Assembly (NCBI GenBank): GCA_964475215.1
Contig: CAYYVT010000102.1
Span: forward strand, 1-51,943
DNA length: 51,943 bases
Origin: an uncultured Nitrososphaerales archaeon
GTDB lineage: Archaea; Thermoproteota; Nitrososphaeria; Conexivisphaerales; DTJL01
Direction of reading: 5' to 3'
This document shows positions 35,132 through 44,444 of this stretch, piece by piece; the first letter of the stretch is position 1; every line of letters starts with the position of its first letter. The notes under the pieces are model-generated. The model worked only from the letters and a program-made list of their open reading frames with translations, searched no databases and was not told where the DNA came from. Made by a program: the position numbers and the translations under genes.

Positions 35132-36220
35132 CTACACGATCAGGAGCTCCTTGTCACACTTGCCGATCCGCTCGACGCCGCCATCGGTGACGGCAAGATC
35201 GTCCTCTATCCTTACCCCCATATTCCCTGAGAGGTAAATCCCCGGCTCTACCGTGAAGGTCATTCCGGGAGCCAGTATGAGAGGGCAGGAACTCGTGATG
35301 CTGGGCTCCTCGTGCACATCCAGCCCCAGACCGTGGCCGACCCTGTGGATGAAGTTCTTGCCGAAGCCGGCGCCCGCGATGATCGACCTGGCTTTCTCGT
35401 CGAGGCTTCCAGCGACGACGCCAGGCCTTATCAACGAAATCGCGTCCGACTGTGCCTTGCGGACGGTGCCGTAAACTTCTCTCTGGAGGGCGGAGGCCTC
35501 TCTAACGAAGACGGTCCTCGTAAGGTCGGCGAAGTAGCCATTGTATGTAGCGCTCACATCCATCAGCACGCAGTCCCCCTTCCGGATCTTGGTTCCGGTG
35601 GATTCACCGTGCGGCAGGGCGGCATTCCTCCCCGCCAGAACCGCATTGAACGGGACCTTTTCGCCACCCAGCCTGCGTATCTCCCTCTCTATTTCGAAGC
35701 CGACCTGGAGCTCGGTGGCGCCTACCCGGATGGCCTCCGTTCCTGCCTGAATCCCCCGTTCAACGATCCGGCCAGCCGCCTTCATGATTTCGAGCTCTTG
35801 AGGGTCCTTGATGAGCCTAAGCTCCATCACGGCGGACGTCGCGTCCTCGACCTTTGCGCCTGGAGCGGCATCGACGATGAGCTTGAATGAACCGAAGGGA
35901 AGGGAAGTCTCGGCGCCTAGTCTACCTCGGAGGAGCGAGAGGTCCGAAAGGGTCGACCTGACGACCGCCGCCGGGCCCGCCTCGTCCGAGTATGACCTCA
36001 CCGCCTTGATGCTCGATTGCTCCTTCGCTTTCTCAGCCTCTAGATCCGGGAGGATGAGGGTGGCTTCGCCTTCGACCGGGACGAGGAGGGACGCAAACCG
36101 TTCGAAGGACTGGATGGGGACCCCGGCCAGGTATCGCAGGTTCGCCGTCGACGAGACGATCATCCCGTCGAGGCCCCTCTTGGCGAGGATCTTCTGGAGT
36201 TTCCTTGCTCGAGACGACAT
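35132..36220 (-). CDS. M24 family Xaa-Pro dipeptidase/aminopeptidase
   Basis: 362 aa. It has the creatinase-like N domain and pita-bread metal ligands: DVSATYNGYFADLTRT, HRVGHGLGLDVHEEP, FTVEPGIY and IEDD. Confidence 0.9.
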   Translation of the reverse strand: MSSRARKLQKILAKRGLDGMIVSSTANLRYLAGVPIQSFERFASLLVPVEGEATLILPDLEAEKAKEQSSIKAVRSYSDEAGPAAVVRSTLSDLSLLRGRLGAETSLPFGSFKLIVDAAPGAKVEDATSAVMELRLIKDPQELEIMKAAGRIVERGIQAGTEAIRVGATELQVGFEIEREIRRLGGEKVPFNAVLAGRNAALPHGESTGTKIRKGDCVLMDVSATYNGYFADLTRTVFVREASALQREVYGTVRKAQSDAISLIRPGVVAGSLDEKARSIIAGAGFGKNFIHRVGHGLGLDVHEEPSITSSCPLILAPGMTFTVEPGIYLSGNMGVRIEDDLAVTDGGVERIGKCDKELLIV

Positions 36221-36287
36221 CGGATGCTCACTTGTCCCCTGGTTTTATTATCTTTGCCGAGCTACAGAGGAGTCCTCGTCCACCGGC

Positions 36288-36656
36288 TCAAGATGGCGTG
36301 ATCTCCAGGAATATCCTCTGCTTCCTTCCCAGCCTAGTCGCTACCCCATCGAGGGTGAACGCCAGGCCATACTTAGACCGAAACTTGTCCTTCAGGGCCT
36401 TCGAGGAGTCGTCCTCGGAAAAGGAGGCCACTCCTTCGAAGTATGGCCCGAGGGGATCTCCGCGGAACTTGCAGGGGGCGCAGGCAACGTTAGGGTTGTG
36501 GCGAATGCGCTTGACCTTCCCCGAGGTACGTATGGTCCACACATAGACGTTGCCGTCCCCTATGACGAACCAGACTGGGGTGGGCACCTTCGTCCCGTCC
36601 CGTCGATATGTCACCAAGCTCATGTACTTCTGACCCTCAAGCGACGCAGGTCCCAT
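36288..36656 (-). CDS. PPOX-class (pyridoxamine 5'-phosphate oxidase-like, probably F420/FMN-binding) small protein
   Basis: 122 aa. SLVTYRRDGTKVPTPVWFV...SGKVKRIRHNPNV fits the PPOX class split-barrel pattern. Confidence 0.7.
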   Translation of the reverse strand: MGPASLEGQKYMSLVTYRRDGTKVPTPVWFVIGDGNVYVWTIRTSGKVKRIRHNPNVACAPCKFRGDPLGPYFEGVASFSEDDSSKALKDKFRSKYGLAFTLDGVATRLGRKQRIFLEITPS

Positions 36657-36712
36657 GGCGGTCGCATGCTCCGATGTAGGCTGTCCCTATCTATCTTTCG
36701 CGTGACGTGAAG

Positions 36713-37210
36713 CTAGGATGTGCCTCTGGATTTGGGGTGGCGCTGACTGGCCAGGAGCATTCGGACCGTCATTGCCGATCTCTTCATCCTCGTGTCCTCT
36801 CGCCCTGCCTCCTCTATCCAGCTTGCGTACTCCTTCTTGTGAGAGTAGGATAGAGAATCGAAGGCTCTCCTAGCCCTGCCGTCCCTCTTCAGCTCCCTCT
36901 CCAGCTCAGGGGGGACCTTGACGGTCCTGGCCGAATCATCCCTTGCTATCTCGAACTCGACGGGATCTCCCAACCTCAGCCCAATCCTTTCCCTCGCAGT
37001 CGAGTTCAGCACGATGATGTGCCTCCCTCCTCCCTGTGGCACCATGGAGCCGGAGAAGGGCTTGCCGTTGAGGGTCCCGGCAACGTAGATGTGCCCTTTT
37101 GCTCCGAAGAACTGGCTCACGTTGACGGGAACGTCGGCGTAATGCCATGTGCCGACCCCCTCAGGCCTCTGGACCTTCGATCGGAAGGAGATCTTCGCTG
37201 TCTTGCCCAT
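36713..37210 (-). CDS. DUF1905 plus YdeI-like domain protein
   Basis: 165 aa. The N-terminal beta-barrel pattern (WHYADVP...YVAGTLNGKPFSGSMVPQGGGRHII) and the C-terminal FDSLSYSHKKEYASWIEEA are typical of this family. Confidence 0.75.
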   Translation of the reverse strand: MGKTAKISFRSKVQRPEGVGTWHYADVPVNVSQFFGAKGHIYVAGTLNGKPFSGSMVPQGGGRHIIVLNSTARERIGLRLGDPVEFEIARDDSARTVKVPPELERELKRDGRARRAFDSLSYSHKKEYASWIEEAGREDTRMKRSAMTVRMLLASQRHPKSRGTS

Positions 37211-37296
37211 CTACCTCGGGCCAACGGCATCCACCCGTTAAACCCTTTGCGACAGCGAAGCGTTGCCGGTGCGAGCTCGAGTGCTGAAGTGGGTAT

Positions 37297-37306
37297 CTTA
37301 ATAAAG
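37297..37306 (+). promoter_or_regulatory. TATA-like box for the cysteine synthase-like gene (probably leaderless)
   Basis: CTTAATAAAG lies 25-34 nt upstream of the ATG at 37331. Confidence 0.45.
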
Positions 37307-37330
37307 CCGTTATTGATTAGTTTGAGACAT

Positions 37331-38308
37331 ATGATCTACGACAGCGTCGTTGATCTCATCGGAAACACGCCGATGATCAGGATTAACAGCCTGACCGGGA
37401 ATCCTTCCGTGGAGCTCTTCATCAAACTCGAGAAGATGAACCCCGGCGGCTCTGTCAAGGACAGGATCGCGAAGTACATGATTGAAGATGCGGAAAGGCG
37501 GGGCACCCTGGTGTCGGGGAAGACCGTTATCGAGCCGACGAGTGGCAACACCGGGATTGGCCTTGCGATGGTCTGCCGCTCAAAGGGCTATGATTGCGTC
37601 CTTGTGATGCCGGAAACGATGACGATGGAGAGGCGGCAGCTGATGATCGCCTTGGGAGCCAAGATCATCCTGACCCCGGGAGCAAAGGGCATGGACGGAG
37701 CAGAGGATTATGCCCGGGGGCTACTAGCTCGTTATCCGGAGAGATACTTCATGCCGGACCAGTTCGGAAATGAAGTCAACGCCAGGGCCCATTATGAAAC
37801 CACCGCCGAGGAGATCTGGAGGGACACGAACGGTAAGGTCACTCTCGTCGTCACCGGCCTTGGAACCTCGGGAACTTCCATGGGCGTCGCCAAGAGACTA
37901 AAGGAGCTCAATCCGAAGGTCAGGGTGATCGGCGTGGCGCCGGATGAAAGTACGCCCATCCAGGGGCTGAAGAACTACAACATCCAGCACATTCCCGGCA
38001 TCTGGAAGCCTCAACTGGTTGACGAGGTGAGGTACGTCGGTTCGAAGACGGCGGAGGAGACCGTGAGACTGCTCGCGCTAGCCGAGGGCCTCCTCGTGGG
38101 GCCCAGCTCGGGGGCGATCCTTCATGTGGCGTTGAAGGAGGCCAGCGAGATGAAGAAGGGGGTCGTGGTGTCCATCGCCCCCGACGGCCTTGAGCGATAC
38201 CTGACGACTCCCGTATGCGAGCCCAGCTACTGCCTCGACTGCGCCCAGAAGTACGGCATCAGGTGCTCCTATAGCGACGGCGTCCCCATCGCCAGGTCCG
38301 AAGCGTAA
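37331..38308 (+). CDS. Cysteine synthase / PLP-dependent beta-replacement enzyme (CysK/CysM family) with Cys-rich C-terminal tail
   Basis: I call the ATG at 37331 (MIYDSVVDLIGNTPMIRINSL), 325 aa. It has the PLP-lysine motif NPGGSVKDR, TSGNTGIGLA and GLGTSGT. The 104-aa upstream part of the track ORF is antisense to the DUF1905 gene. Confidence 0.85.
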   Translation: MIYDSVVDLIGNTPMIRINSLTGNPSVELFIKLEKMNPGGSVKDRIAKYMIEDAERRGTLVSGKTVIEPTSGNTGIGLAMVCRSKGYDCVLVMPETMTMERRQLMIALGAKIILTPGAKGMDGAEDYARGLLARYPERYFMPDQFGNEVNARAHYETTAEEIWRDTNGKVTLVVTGLGTSGTSMGVAKRLKELNPKVRVIGVAPDESTPIQGLKNYNIQHIPGIWKPQLVDEVRYVGSKTAEETVRLLALAEGLLVGPSSGAILHVALKEASEMKKGVVVSIAPDGLERYLTTPVCEPSYCLDCAQKYGIRCSYSDGVPIARSEA

Positions 38309-38316
38309 CGCGCTCA

Positions 38317-39147
38317 CTATATGATGGTAAGGACCAGCGCCACGACGATCAGGGAGCCTGCCAGGAGTTCGCTGGCGCTAGGCTTCTCCTTCCCAAGGGC
38401 CTTCGAGAAGATCTGCGTCAGGAAGGGAGACGGGCTCGTCAGAAGTATGGACTCATTCAAGCCCACCAGCGATAGGGAGTAGACGAAGAGGAAGCTCCCG
38501 ACCGCAGTGTCCGCCACGGAGAGGGCTGCCAGCCAGGCCTGCTTCCTAGCGCCCAACTTCAGGGCGCCTCTGGGGCGTCTCACAGCATAGACGGCTCCAA
38601 GGACGATCACCGCGCCTCCTATTCGCATGAAGGTGACCGCGAAGGGGTTGGAGCCGCCCTTCGTCGCCAACGTAAGGACGGTCTGCCCAGCGGTCCAGAG
38701 GAGCGCAGCAAGAAAAGCGAATGCCACGCCCTTGAAGCGGGGGCCGGTCCTGTGGCCCCTCGACAAGATGTAGATGCCGACGACGACGAGGCAGGAACTG
38801 ACGAGGAAGGCGGGCCGGAGTGGTTCGCCCACCAAGACGGCCGCAAACTGAGTCAAGAGCACGTCAGAGTACGCCACGGGGGCGGCTATCGAAGCGCCAG
38901 CATATTTGACTGCGTAGAAGTAACAGGTGTCGCCCGCCACGAGGGTGACGACGCCGCTGGCCACGGCATACGGGAGGCCCCCCAATGAGCCGATTACCAA
39001 GAAGGGCACGAGGAGCGCCAGGCCCCCGTAACAGAGTCGGAGGAGGTTGATGGTAGGCGTGTCATACTTGACGAAGTAATCCCTGTAGTATATCGGGCAG
39101 AGGGCCCAGATGACTGAGCTCGTGAGCGCTGGTACAGACTCGGACAT
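38317..39147 (-). CDS. EamA/DMT superfamily transporter
   Basis: 276 aa with about 10 hydrophobic helices in a two-repeat arrangement typical of EamA. Confidence 0.75.
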   Translation of the reverse strand: MSESVPALTSSVIWALCPIYYRDYFVKYDTPTINLLRLCYGGLALLVPFLVIGSLGGLPYAVASGVVTLVAGDTCYFYAVKYAGASIAAPVAYSDVLLTQFAAVLVGEPLRPAFLVSSCLVVVGIYILSRGHRTGPRFKGVAFAFLAALLWTAGQTVLTLATKGGSNPFAVTFMRIGGAVIVLGAVYAVRRPRGALKLGARKQAWLAALSVADTAVGSFLFVYSLSLVGLNESILLTSPSPFLTQIFSKALGKEKPSASELLAGSLIVVALVLTII

Positions 39148-39338
39148 TCTGCCTTTGGCGTTCTCCTATGATGAACCCCAGAGCCCGGCTTTCTTTAATG
39201 CTGTCGCTGAGCGCCTTCGAGACCCAAGCTACTGGCAGAAGCTCGGCAGGGAAGGGATGGCCCATCCCTTTGGGCCCACTCGCTTCAAACGCGAAGGGAA
39301 CTTGATAAACCTCGAGTTGGGAATCAATGTGAACCGGA

Positions 39339-39995
39339 TTGGGCAAGATCCTGGTCACTGGCTTCGAGGCGTTCGGCAAGGACAGAAGCAACCCCACGGA
39401 GAGGCTTGCCAGGGCGTTCGACGGAAAGAGGATTGGCGGCTTTGAAGTAGTTGGGGAAGTCATGCCAGTGAGTTACCGAAGAATCGGAGTCAGCCTGCGC
39501 AAGTCCCTCGACAGGGAGGGCCCCGATGCCGTGGTGGCCACCGGCCTCTGGAAAGGTAGGACCGATGTCACTGTCGAGCGAGTCGCCGTAAACGTGATGG
39601 ACGCTCGAATCCCCGACAACGATGGATATAGGCCCAAGGACTCCCCTGTCGTAAGGGGTGGCCCTGCGGCCTACCTTTCCACCTTCCCCTACCACGAAAT
39701 CTTGGCACACCTGAGGGAGGCTGGGGTGCCTTCTACCCTTTCGTATTCGGCTGGGACGTTCATCTGCAACGCCCTGCTGTATCACGTCCTTCACGAAAGC
39801 GCAAAGCGAGGCATCCCGAGGCTGGCAGGCTTCCTACATGTGCCCAACGATCCTCGATCCGTAACTCTGAAGGAGGGAGCCTTCGGGATGTCCAAGCCGA
39901 GCATGTCCTTTGAGCTCATGGAGACGGCTGTAAGGGTGGCATTGCAGGATACAGCCACGGCATCTGAAAAGGCGCAGATAGGAGCGAAGGCCTGA
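39339..39995 (+). CDS. pcp: Pyroglutamyl-peptidase I
   Basis: 218 aa with TTG start. KILVTGFEAFG...NPTE, VERVAVN and SAGTFICNALLYH (catalytic Cys) fit peptidase family C15. Confidence 0.85.
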   Translation: MGKILVTGFEAFGKDRSNPTERLARAFDGKRIGGFEVVGEVMPVSYRRIGVSLRKSLDREGPDAVVATGLWKGRTDVTVERVAVNVMDARIPDNDGYRPKDSPVVRGGPAAYLSTFPYHEILAHLREAGVPSTLSYSAGTFICNALLYHVLHESAKRGIPRLAGFLHVPNDPRSVTLKEGAFGMSKPSMSFELMETAVRVALQDTATASEKAQIGAKA

Positions 39996-40490
39996 CATAA
40001 GGCCCCGCTATTAGGGCGCCAAATCGTTTGGTCTTCCCAAGCGTACCTCCCACCTCGGAATTTGCGAGGCCCTTCACGACCTGAGGGCCTTCCCTGCCCC
40101 GTTTCGTATGATTGGTGCCTGCGGCTTTCCTTGGGCGACCAAAGTGAGTTTGCCTTCTTCAGCCCAAGACGAGCGGCGTGTGATTCGAGCTTGGGGGAGA
40201 ATTGGCGACCGGTGCCGGATCTCGCCTTCCCTCGGCCTTCCGTCGACGGAAGGCGGAGCAGGAAGTTCAGTTCCCGAAAACAAAACCCCGAAACGGAAAC
40301 GCTTATTAGAGCGCGACAGGGGATTCCTGCGCAAGTGGTGCAAGTGCGAGGGGATCGAGATCATCGGAGCTGGTTTAGTTCATTAGCCCTTGCTCTCCTG
40401 TTGTGCCGCGCGTAGCAGGGCGTTGTGAGGAGTTTCTACCGCCTGACGATGGCGTCGCGTCCTTGGCTTGCCCACTGGAAGTAATAGGAT

Positions 40491-41468
40491 TTGAATAGAA
40501 TCAACTTGACGTTACCGAAGGGTTCCCTCGAAAGGGGGACCTACGAGCTGCTAGAAAGGGCGTTCTACAAGGTGTCGGGACAGGAGCGTACCTACCGCCC
40601 TCGTATCAGTGACCCGGAGATTTCGCTAAAGGTCCTCCGTCCGCAGGAGATTCCGGTGTTCGTGGCCGGAGGCCTCTACGACGTAGGGATCACAGGAGCA
40701 GACTGGGTGCAGGAGACAGAAGCGGACGTAAAGAAGCTCCTGGACTTGAAATTCGGCCGTGTCAAGCTCATCGTGGCTGTCCCCGACAGAAAGCCTTCCC
40801 TCTCGGTGGACTCCCTCCTCGAGGACCGGTGGTCCGAGGGAGCCCCTGTGCGGATCTCGACCGAATACCTGAACATAGCTACGAAGTACATCAAATCGAG
40901 GGAGCCTTACAAAGTGAGATTTGGGTCCAAGGAGCCCAAGGTCGTAACTCCTTGGTGGACCAAGGGGCGCAACGAGGACGCGGTCATCTACCTGTCCTTC
41001 GGGGCGACGGAGGCCAAGCCACCGGAGGACGCGGAGATGATTGTGGACGTCATGGAGACCGGAACGAGCTTGCAACAGAACGGCCTGCGGGTCGTCGACA
41101 CGATCCTCGAATCGTCGGCCTGGCTGATAACGAACAAGGTGGCGATGAAGGACCCATGGAAGAAGGAGAAGATATTGGGCTTGATGGCCTCCCTTAAGGG
41201 GGTCGTCGACGCCAGGGAGAGGCTCCACATCTTCGTCAACGTCCGCGAAGAGAACCTCCCCAAGCTCCTGAAGGAGATTCCTGCGCTGAAGAAGCCCACC
41301 GTGGGCAAGCTCTCGGAGGAAGGTTGGTACGCGGTGAACACCGTCATCGAGCGAAGCCAGCTCCACGACCTCCTTCCAGCGCTAAGGAGGCTGGCGCAGG
41401 GAGTAGTAGTGCACGAGCCCCAGCAGGTCCTCTCCATCGAGGAGATGATGGAGGAGAGCGGCCTATGA
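40491..41468 (+). CDS. hisG: ATP phosphoribosyltransferase, long form with C-terminal regulatory domain
   Basis: 325 aa with TTG start. It has LPKGSLE..., LRPQEIPVFVAGGLYDVGITGADWV and DVMETGTSLQQNGL, plus a HisG_C-like tail. It is the first gene of the his operon. Confidence 0.85.
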   Translation: MNRINLTLPKGSLERGTYELLERAFYKVSGQERTYRPRISDPEISLKVLRPQEIPVFVAGGLYDVGITGADWVQETEADVKKLLDLKFGRVKLIVAVPDRKPSLSVDSLLEDRWSEGAPVRISTEYLNIATKYIKSREPYKVRFGSKEPKVVTPWWTKGRNEDAVIYLSFGATEAKPPEDAEMIVDVMETGTSLQQNGLRVVDTILESSAWLITNKVAMKDPWKKEKILGLMASLKGVVDARERLHIFVNVREENLPKLLKEIPALKKPTVGKLSEEGWYAVNTVIERSQLHDLLPALRRLAQGVVVHEPQQVLSIEEMMEESGL

Positions 41469-42763
41469 CGGGATTGCTGAGGAGCATGCCAGTCGGTGCC
41501 GACAACTTCGAAGCGGTCGCACTCAGGGTCAGACGCGATGATTCGCACTCCGAGGCGGAGGCGAAGACAAAGGAAGTCATTGAGGGGGTCAGAAGGAGGG
41601 GGGACGCGGCACTCACGCAGTACACGAAGAGATTCGACGGAGCCGATGTGGACGCGAGGCATCTGAGGGTGAGTCAAGCGGAGATAGAAGGAGCCATGCG
41701 CAGGGTAGATCCCGAAATCCTGTCTGCCCTTCGGTTTTCGCTGAAGAGACAGCAGGCCGTTCAGGAGAGGATCCTAAAAGGAATTGAGCAGAGGCAGGAC
41801 CTCGGCGGAATCACCTTGACGGCGAAGGTGTGGCCGATTCCCTCGGTGGGCTGCTATGTCCCCGGGGGGCGGGCATCATACCCCAGCTCCGTCGTCATGA
41901 CCGTCGGCCTTGCAAAGCTCGCCGGCGTGGAGAGAGTCGTGGTCTGTACGCCTCCGGGAGCGGACGGCCGCGTCAGAAACGAGACTCTCGCCGCGGCCTC
42001 CATCTGCGGGGCAGACGAAGTCTACAAGGTGGGCGGGGCCCAAGCAGTAGCCGCCATGGCCTACGGAACGAGGACCATAGGGAAGGTAGCGAAGATTGTC
42101 GGGCCAGGAGGCCTTTACGTCGCAATGGCAAAGAAGCTGGTGTCCCCCGACACCCCGATCGACTTCTTCGCGGGCCCCACCGAAATCCTCGTCGTGGCCG
42201 ATGAAACAACAGACCCAGGGTTCGCGGCCTGGGACCTCGTGGCCCAGGCAGAGCATGGAGGCGACAGCGCATGCTGGCTCGTCACCACATCGGAAGAGGT
42301 CGCCGATAGAGTGCGATCGGAGCTGAAGAGGATAGTCAAAGATGCGGACAGGAAGTCATATCTGGAGGCGAGCCTTGCTAGGGGCTTCGCCGCAGTCTGT
42401 CCGGACCGGGCTACGGCCATATCTTTCGTCAGGGCGATGGCGCCCGAGCATCTTGAAATTATGGTGTCGGACCCGGATGACTACATCTCCAAGATGGACT
42501 CGGCGGGCCTGACCCTTGTCGGGCCCTATGCGCCCTGCGCCGCCAGCGACTACTTGATAGGCACAAACCACGTGCTCCCAACAGGAGGTTACGCGAAGGC
42601 CAAGGGCGGGCTTTCCGTCCTGGACTTCGTGAGATTGTCCTGGACGGTGGAGGGGTCGCCAAGTGGCCTACGGCCGCTCCTCAGTCCGCTCCGGGCTTTG
42701 GCGACGACGGAGGGGCTCGTAAACCACTACCTTTCCGTTCGCAGCAGGTTCGAGGTGACGTAG
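41465..42763 (+). CDS. hisD: Histidinol dehydrogenase
   Basis: I call the ATG at 41465, overlapping the hisG stop (ATGA). It has YVPGGRASYPSSVVM, GAQAVAAMAYGT, GPGGLYV, AQAEHG and HVLPTGG. Confidence 0.92.
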   Translation: MTGLLRSMPVGADNFEAVALRVRRDDSHSEAEAKTKEVIEGVRRRGDAALTQYTKRFDGADVDARHLRVSQAEIEGAMRRVDPEILSALRFSLKRQQAVQERILKGIEQRQDLGGITLTAKVWPIPSVGCYVPGGRASYPSSVVMTVGLAKLAGVERVVVCTPPGADGRVRNETLAAASICGADEVYKVGGAQAVAAMAYGTRTIGKVAKIVGPGGLYVAMAKKLVSPDTPIDFFAGPTEILVVADETTDPGFAAWDLVAQAEHGGDSACWLVTTSEEVADRVRSELKRIVKDADRKSYLEASLARGFAAVCPDRATAISFVRAMAPEHLEIMVSDPDDYISKMDSAGLTLVGPYAPCAASDYLIGTNHVLPTGGYAKAKGGLSVLDFVRLSWTVEGSPSGLRPLLSPLRALATTEGLVNHYLSVRSRFEVT

Positions 42764-43840
42764 TTGCCTGAATGGCTCGACTCCAAGCTGGCGGCCTTGA
42801 ATCGGCTGGAGGGCTATGCCGGGACAGGAGAAAAGCCCGATGCAGGGATCATCAGGCTGGACCACAACGAGAACTGGCACGTGAGCGCAGAGGAGATCAG
42901 GGAGGTCGTCGCCGAAGCCTTGAGCCAGCTGGATATCAGGAGATATCCCGAAGAGGGCTTCGGAGAGTTGCTCGGTCTCGTTGGGAGTAGGTTCGGGGTA
43001 CCCAGGGAGTCCCTAGTGCTTACTAGCGGTGCCGATCAGGGGATAGACCTGCTGTGCCAAGCCTTCCTAAAGGGTGGGGAGACGGCGTATATCGTGACTC
43101 CCACTTTCTCCTTCTATGCCCTGAGGGCCTCTTTGGCCGGCTCGAGGGTGAAGGAGTTGGAGATGAACGGCGACCTCACTCTCCCTCTGAAGAAAGTCGA
43201 CGAGCTCGGGGAAGGGGGGCTTTTGTTCATTTGTTCCCCCAATAACCCCACAGGGAATCAGTTCGCAAGGAGCGAGATCCTACACGCCGTCGAGTCGTTC
43301 AAGGGGCTCGTGGTGCTGGACGAAGCATACGCGGACTTCGCGCCCTACGACCTCATCAGGGAGGCTCCGAAGCGGCGCAACTTGGTGGTATTGCGCACTT
43401 TCTCCAAGGCATTCGGCATGGCCGGACTGAGGCTGGGGTGCATGGTCACAAATCCTGCGCTGGCGCGTCAGTTCAATACAAAGATCCAGTACCCTTATCC
43501 CATCTCCAGTTTCTCCTTGGCTGTGGCGTCGAGAATCCTAGGCAACCCCGAGCTGACTAGACGGGGCGTCGAGTCCACGATCGCACAGAGAAAACGGCTT
43601 ACGGAGGAGCTGCGGAAGTTGGGAGAGGTGAGGGTGTTGGAGTCGCAGGCCAACTTCGTCCTAGCCTCGACTCCTCTTAAGTCAGAGGTACTCCGGAAGA
43701 AGCTGTTGGAGAAGCAGGTGGCTGTGAAGTCCATTGGCGACACCTTGGGTTTATCGGGGTGCGTCAGGATAACCGTCGGGACTAAGCCTATGAACGACAA
43801 GCTTCTCAAGGCCATGGAGGGGGCGCTTGGAGTTGCCTGA
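42764..43840 (+). CDS. hisC: Histidinol-phosphate aminotransferase
   Basis: 358 aa with TTG start. CSPNNPTGN, LDEAYADF and RTFSKAFGMAGLRLG (PLP lysine) are present. Confidence 0.9.
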   Translation: MPEWLDSKLAALNRLEGYAGTGEKPDAGIIRLDHNENWHVSAEEIREVVAEALSQLDIRRYPEEGFGELLGLVGSRFGVPRESLVLTSGADQGIDLLCQAFLKGGETAYIVTPTFSFYALRASLAGSRVKELEMNGDLTLPLKKVDELGEGGLLFICSPNNPTGNQFARSEILHAVESFKGLVVLDEAYADFAPYDLIREAPKRRNLVVLRTFSKAFGMAGLRLGCMVTNPALARQFNTKIQYPYPISSFSLAVASRILGNPELTRRGVESTIAQRKRLTEELRKLGEVRVLESQANFVLASTPLKSEVLRKKLLEKQVAVKSIGDTLGLSGCVRITVGTKPMNDKLLKAMEGALGVA

Positions 43841-44444
43841 CACTTCCAGTAGGTTGAGCCGAAGCCGCAGAAGGTCGCTAGAGAAGCGTGAGACCAAGGA
43901 GACGGAGGTTGAAGTAGGGGTCGACCTTGACGGTAGCGGAAGGGCGATCGTTGACACCGACGTGAAGTTTCTGAACCATATGCTGGAGTCCTTCGCGACG
44001 CATAGCCTCGTGGACCTGACCGTGAGAGCCAGAGGTGACCTGCAACACCATGTGGTGGAAGATGTGGCCATCACATTGGGCAGGGCACTCGCGGCCGCGC
44101 TCGGCGAAAGGTCTGGAATTCGGCGGTTCGGGTATGCCATCGTGCCGATGGACGACGCCCTAGCTGTGGCCGCGGTAGACCTCATCAGGAGGCCCTATGC
44201 ATCTGTGCAGATGGAGCTCGAACGGGTGCTCGTAGAAGACGCGCCTAGGGAAGATATAGAGCACTTCCTTCCGTCCTTGACCATATCCCTCGAAGCCACC
44301 GTCCATGTGAGGATTCTGGACGGAAAGAACGACCACCATAAGATCGAGGCGAGCATCAAGGCGTTCGCGATTGCGTTCAGGGACGCCGCCACCCCCGATC
44401 CGCGCCGAGGGAGAATGTACCCGTCCTCCAAGGGGACGGTGTGA
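43827..44444 (+). CDS. hisB: Imidazoleglycerol-phosphate dehydratase
   Basis: RETKETEVEVGVDLDG, FLNHMLESF, GDLQHHVVEDVAITLG and HHKIEA are IGPD signatures. Start is uncertain (TTG 43827 or TTG 43854). Confidence 0.9.
   Translation: MELPDTSSRLSRSRRRSLEKRETKETEVEVGVDLDGSGRAIVDTDVKFLNHMLESFATHSLVDLTVRARGDLQHHVVEDVAITLGRALAAALGERSGIRRFGYAIVPMDDALAVAAVDLIRRPYASVQMELERVLVEDAPREDIEHFLPSLTISLEATVHVRILDGKNDHHKIEASIKAFAIAFRDAATPDPRRGRMYPSSKGTV

Noticed and set aside
37019-37330. 104-aa N-terminal extension of the cysteine synthase ORF
   Set aside because: It overlaps the DUF1905 gene antisense. The canonical CysK N-terminus starts at the ATG at 37331, which has a TATA-like box at leaderless spacing.
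40115-40135. Minus-strand CAAGGAAAGCCGCAGGCACC resembling the RNase P RNA CR-I (GAGGAAAGUCCGGGC)
   Set aside because: The match is imperfect: the conserved U is missing. Only about 130 nt remain before the pcp gene, too short for the rest of an RNase P RNA. No ACAGAA...GGCUUA partner strand was found.
40626-41366. 246-aa minus-strand ORF inside hisG. Similar long shadow ORFs occur at 44869..45762 (antisense to hisH/hisA), 35808..36710 (antisense to the M24 peptidase and PPOX genes), 20189..21022 (alternate frame of the mutase), 26125..26652 (antisense to the ROK kinase) and 32074..32673 (antisense to a GNAT)
   Set aside because: Each overlaps a gene with clear family motifs and has a biased, repetitive composition. 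I treat them as GC-driven shadow ORFs, not overlapping genes.
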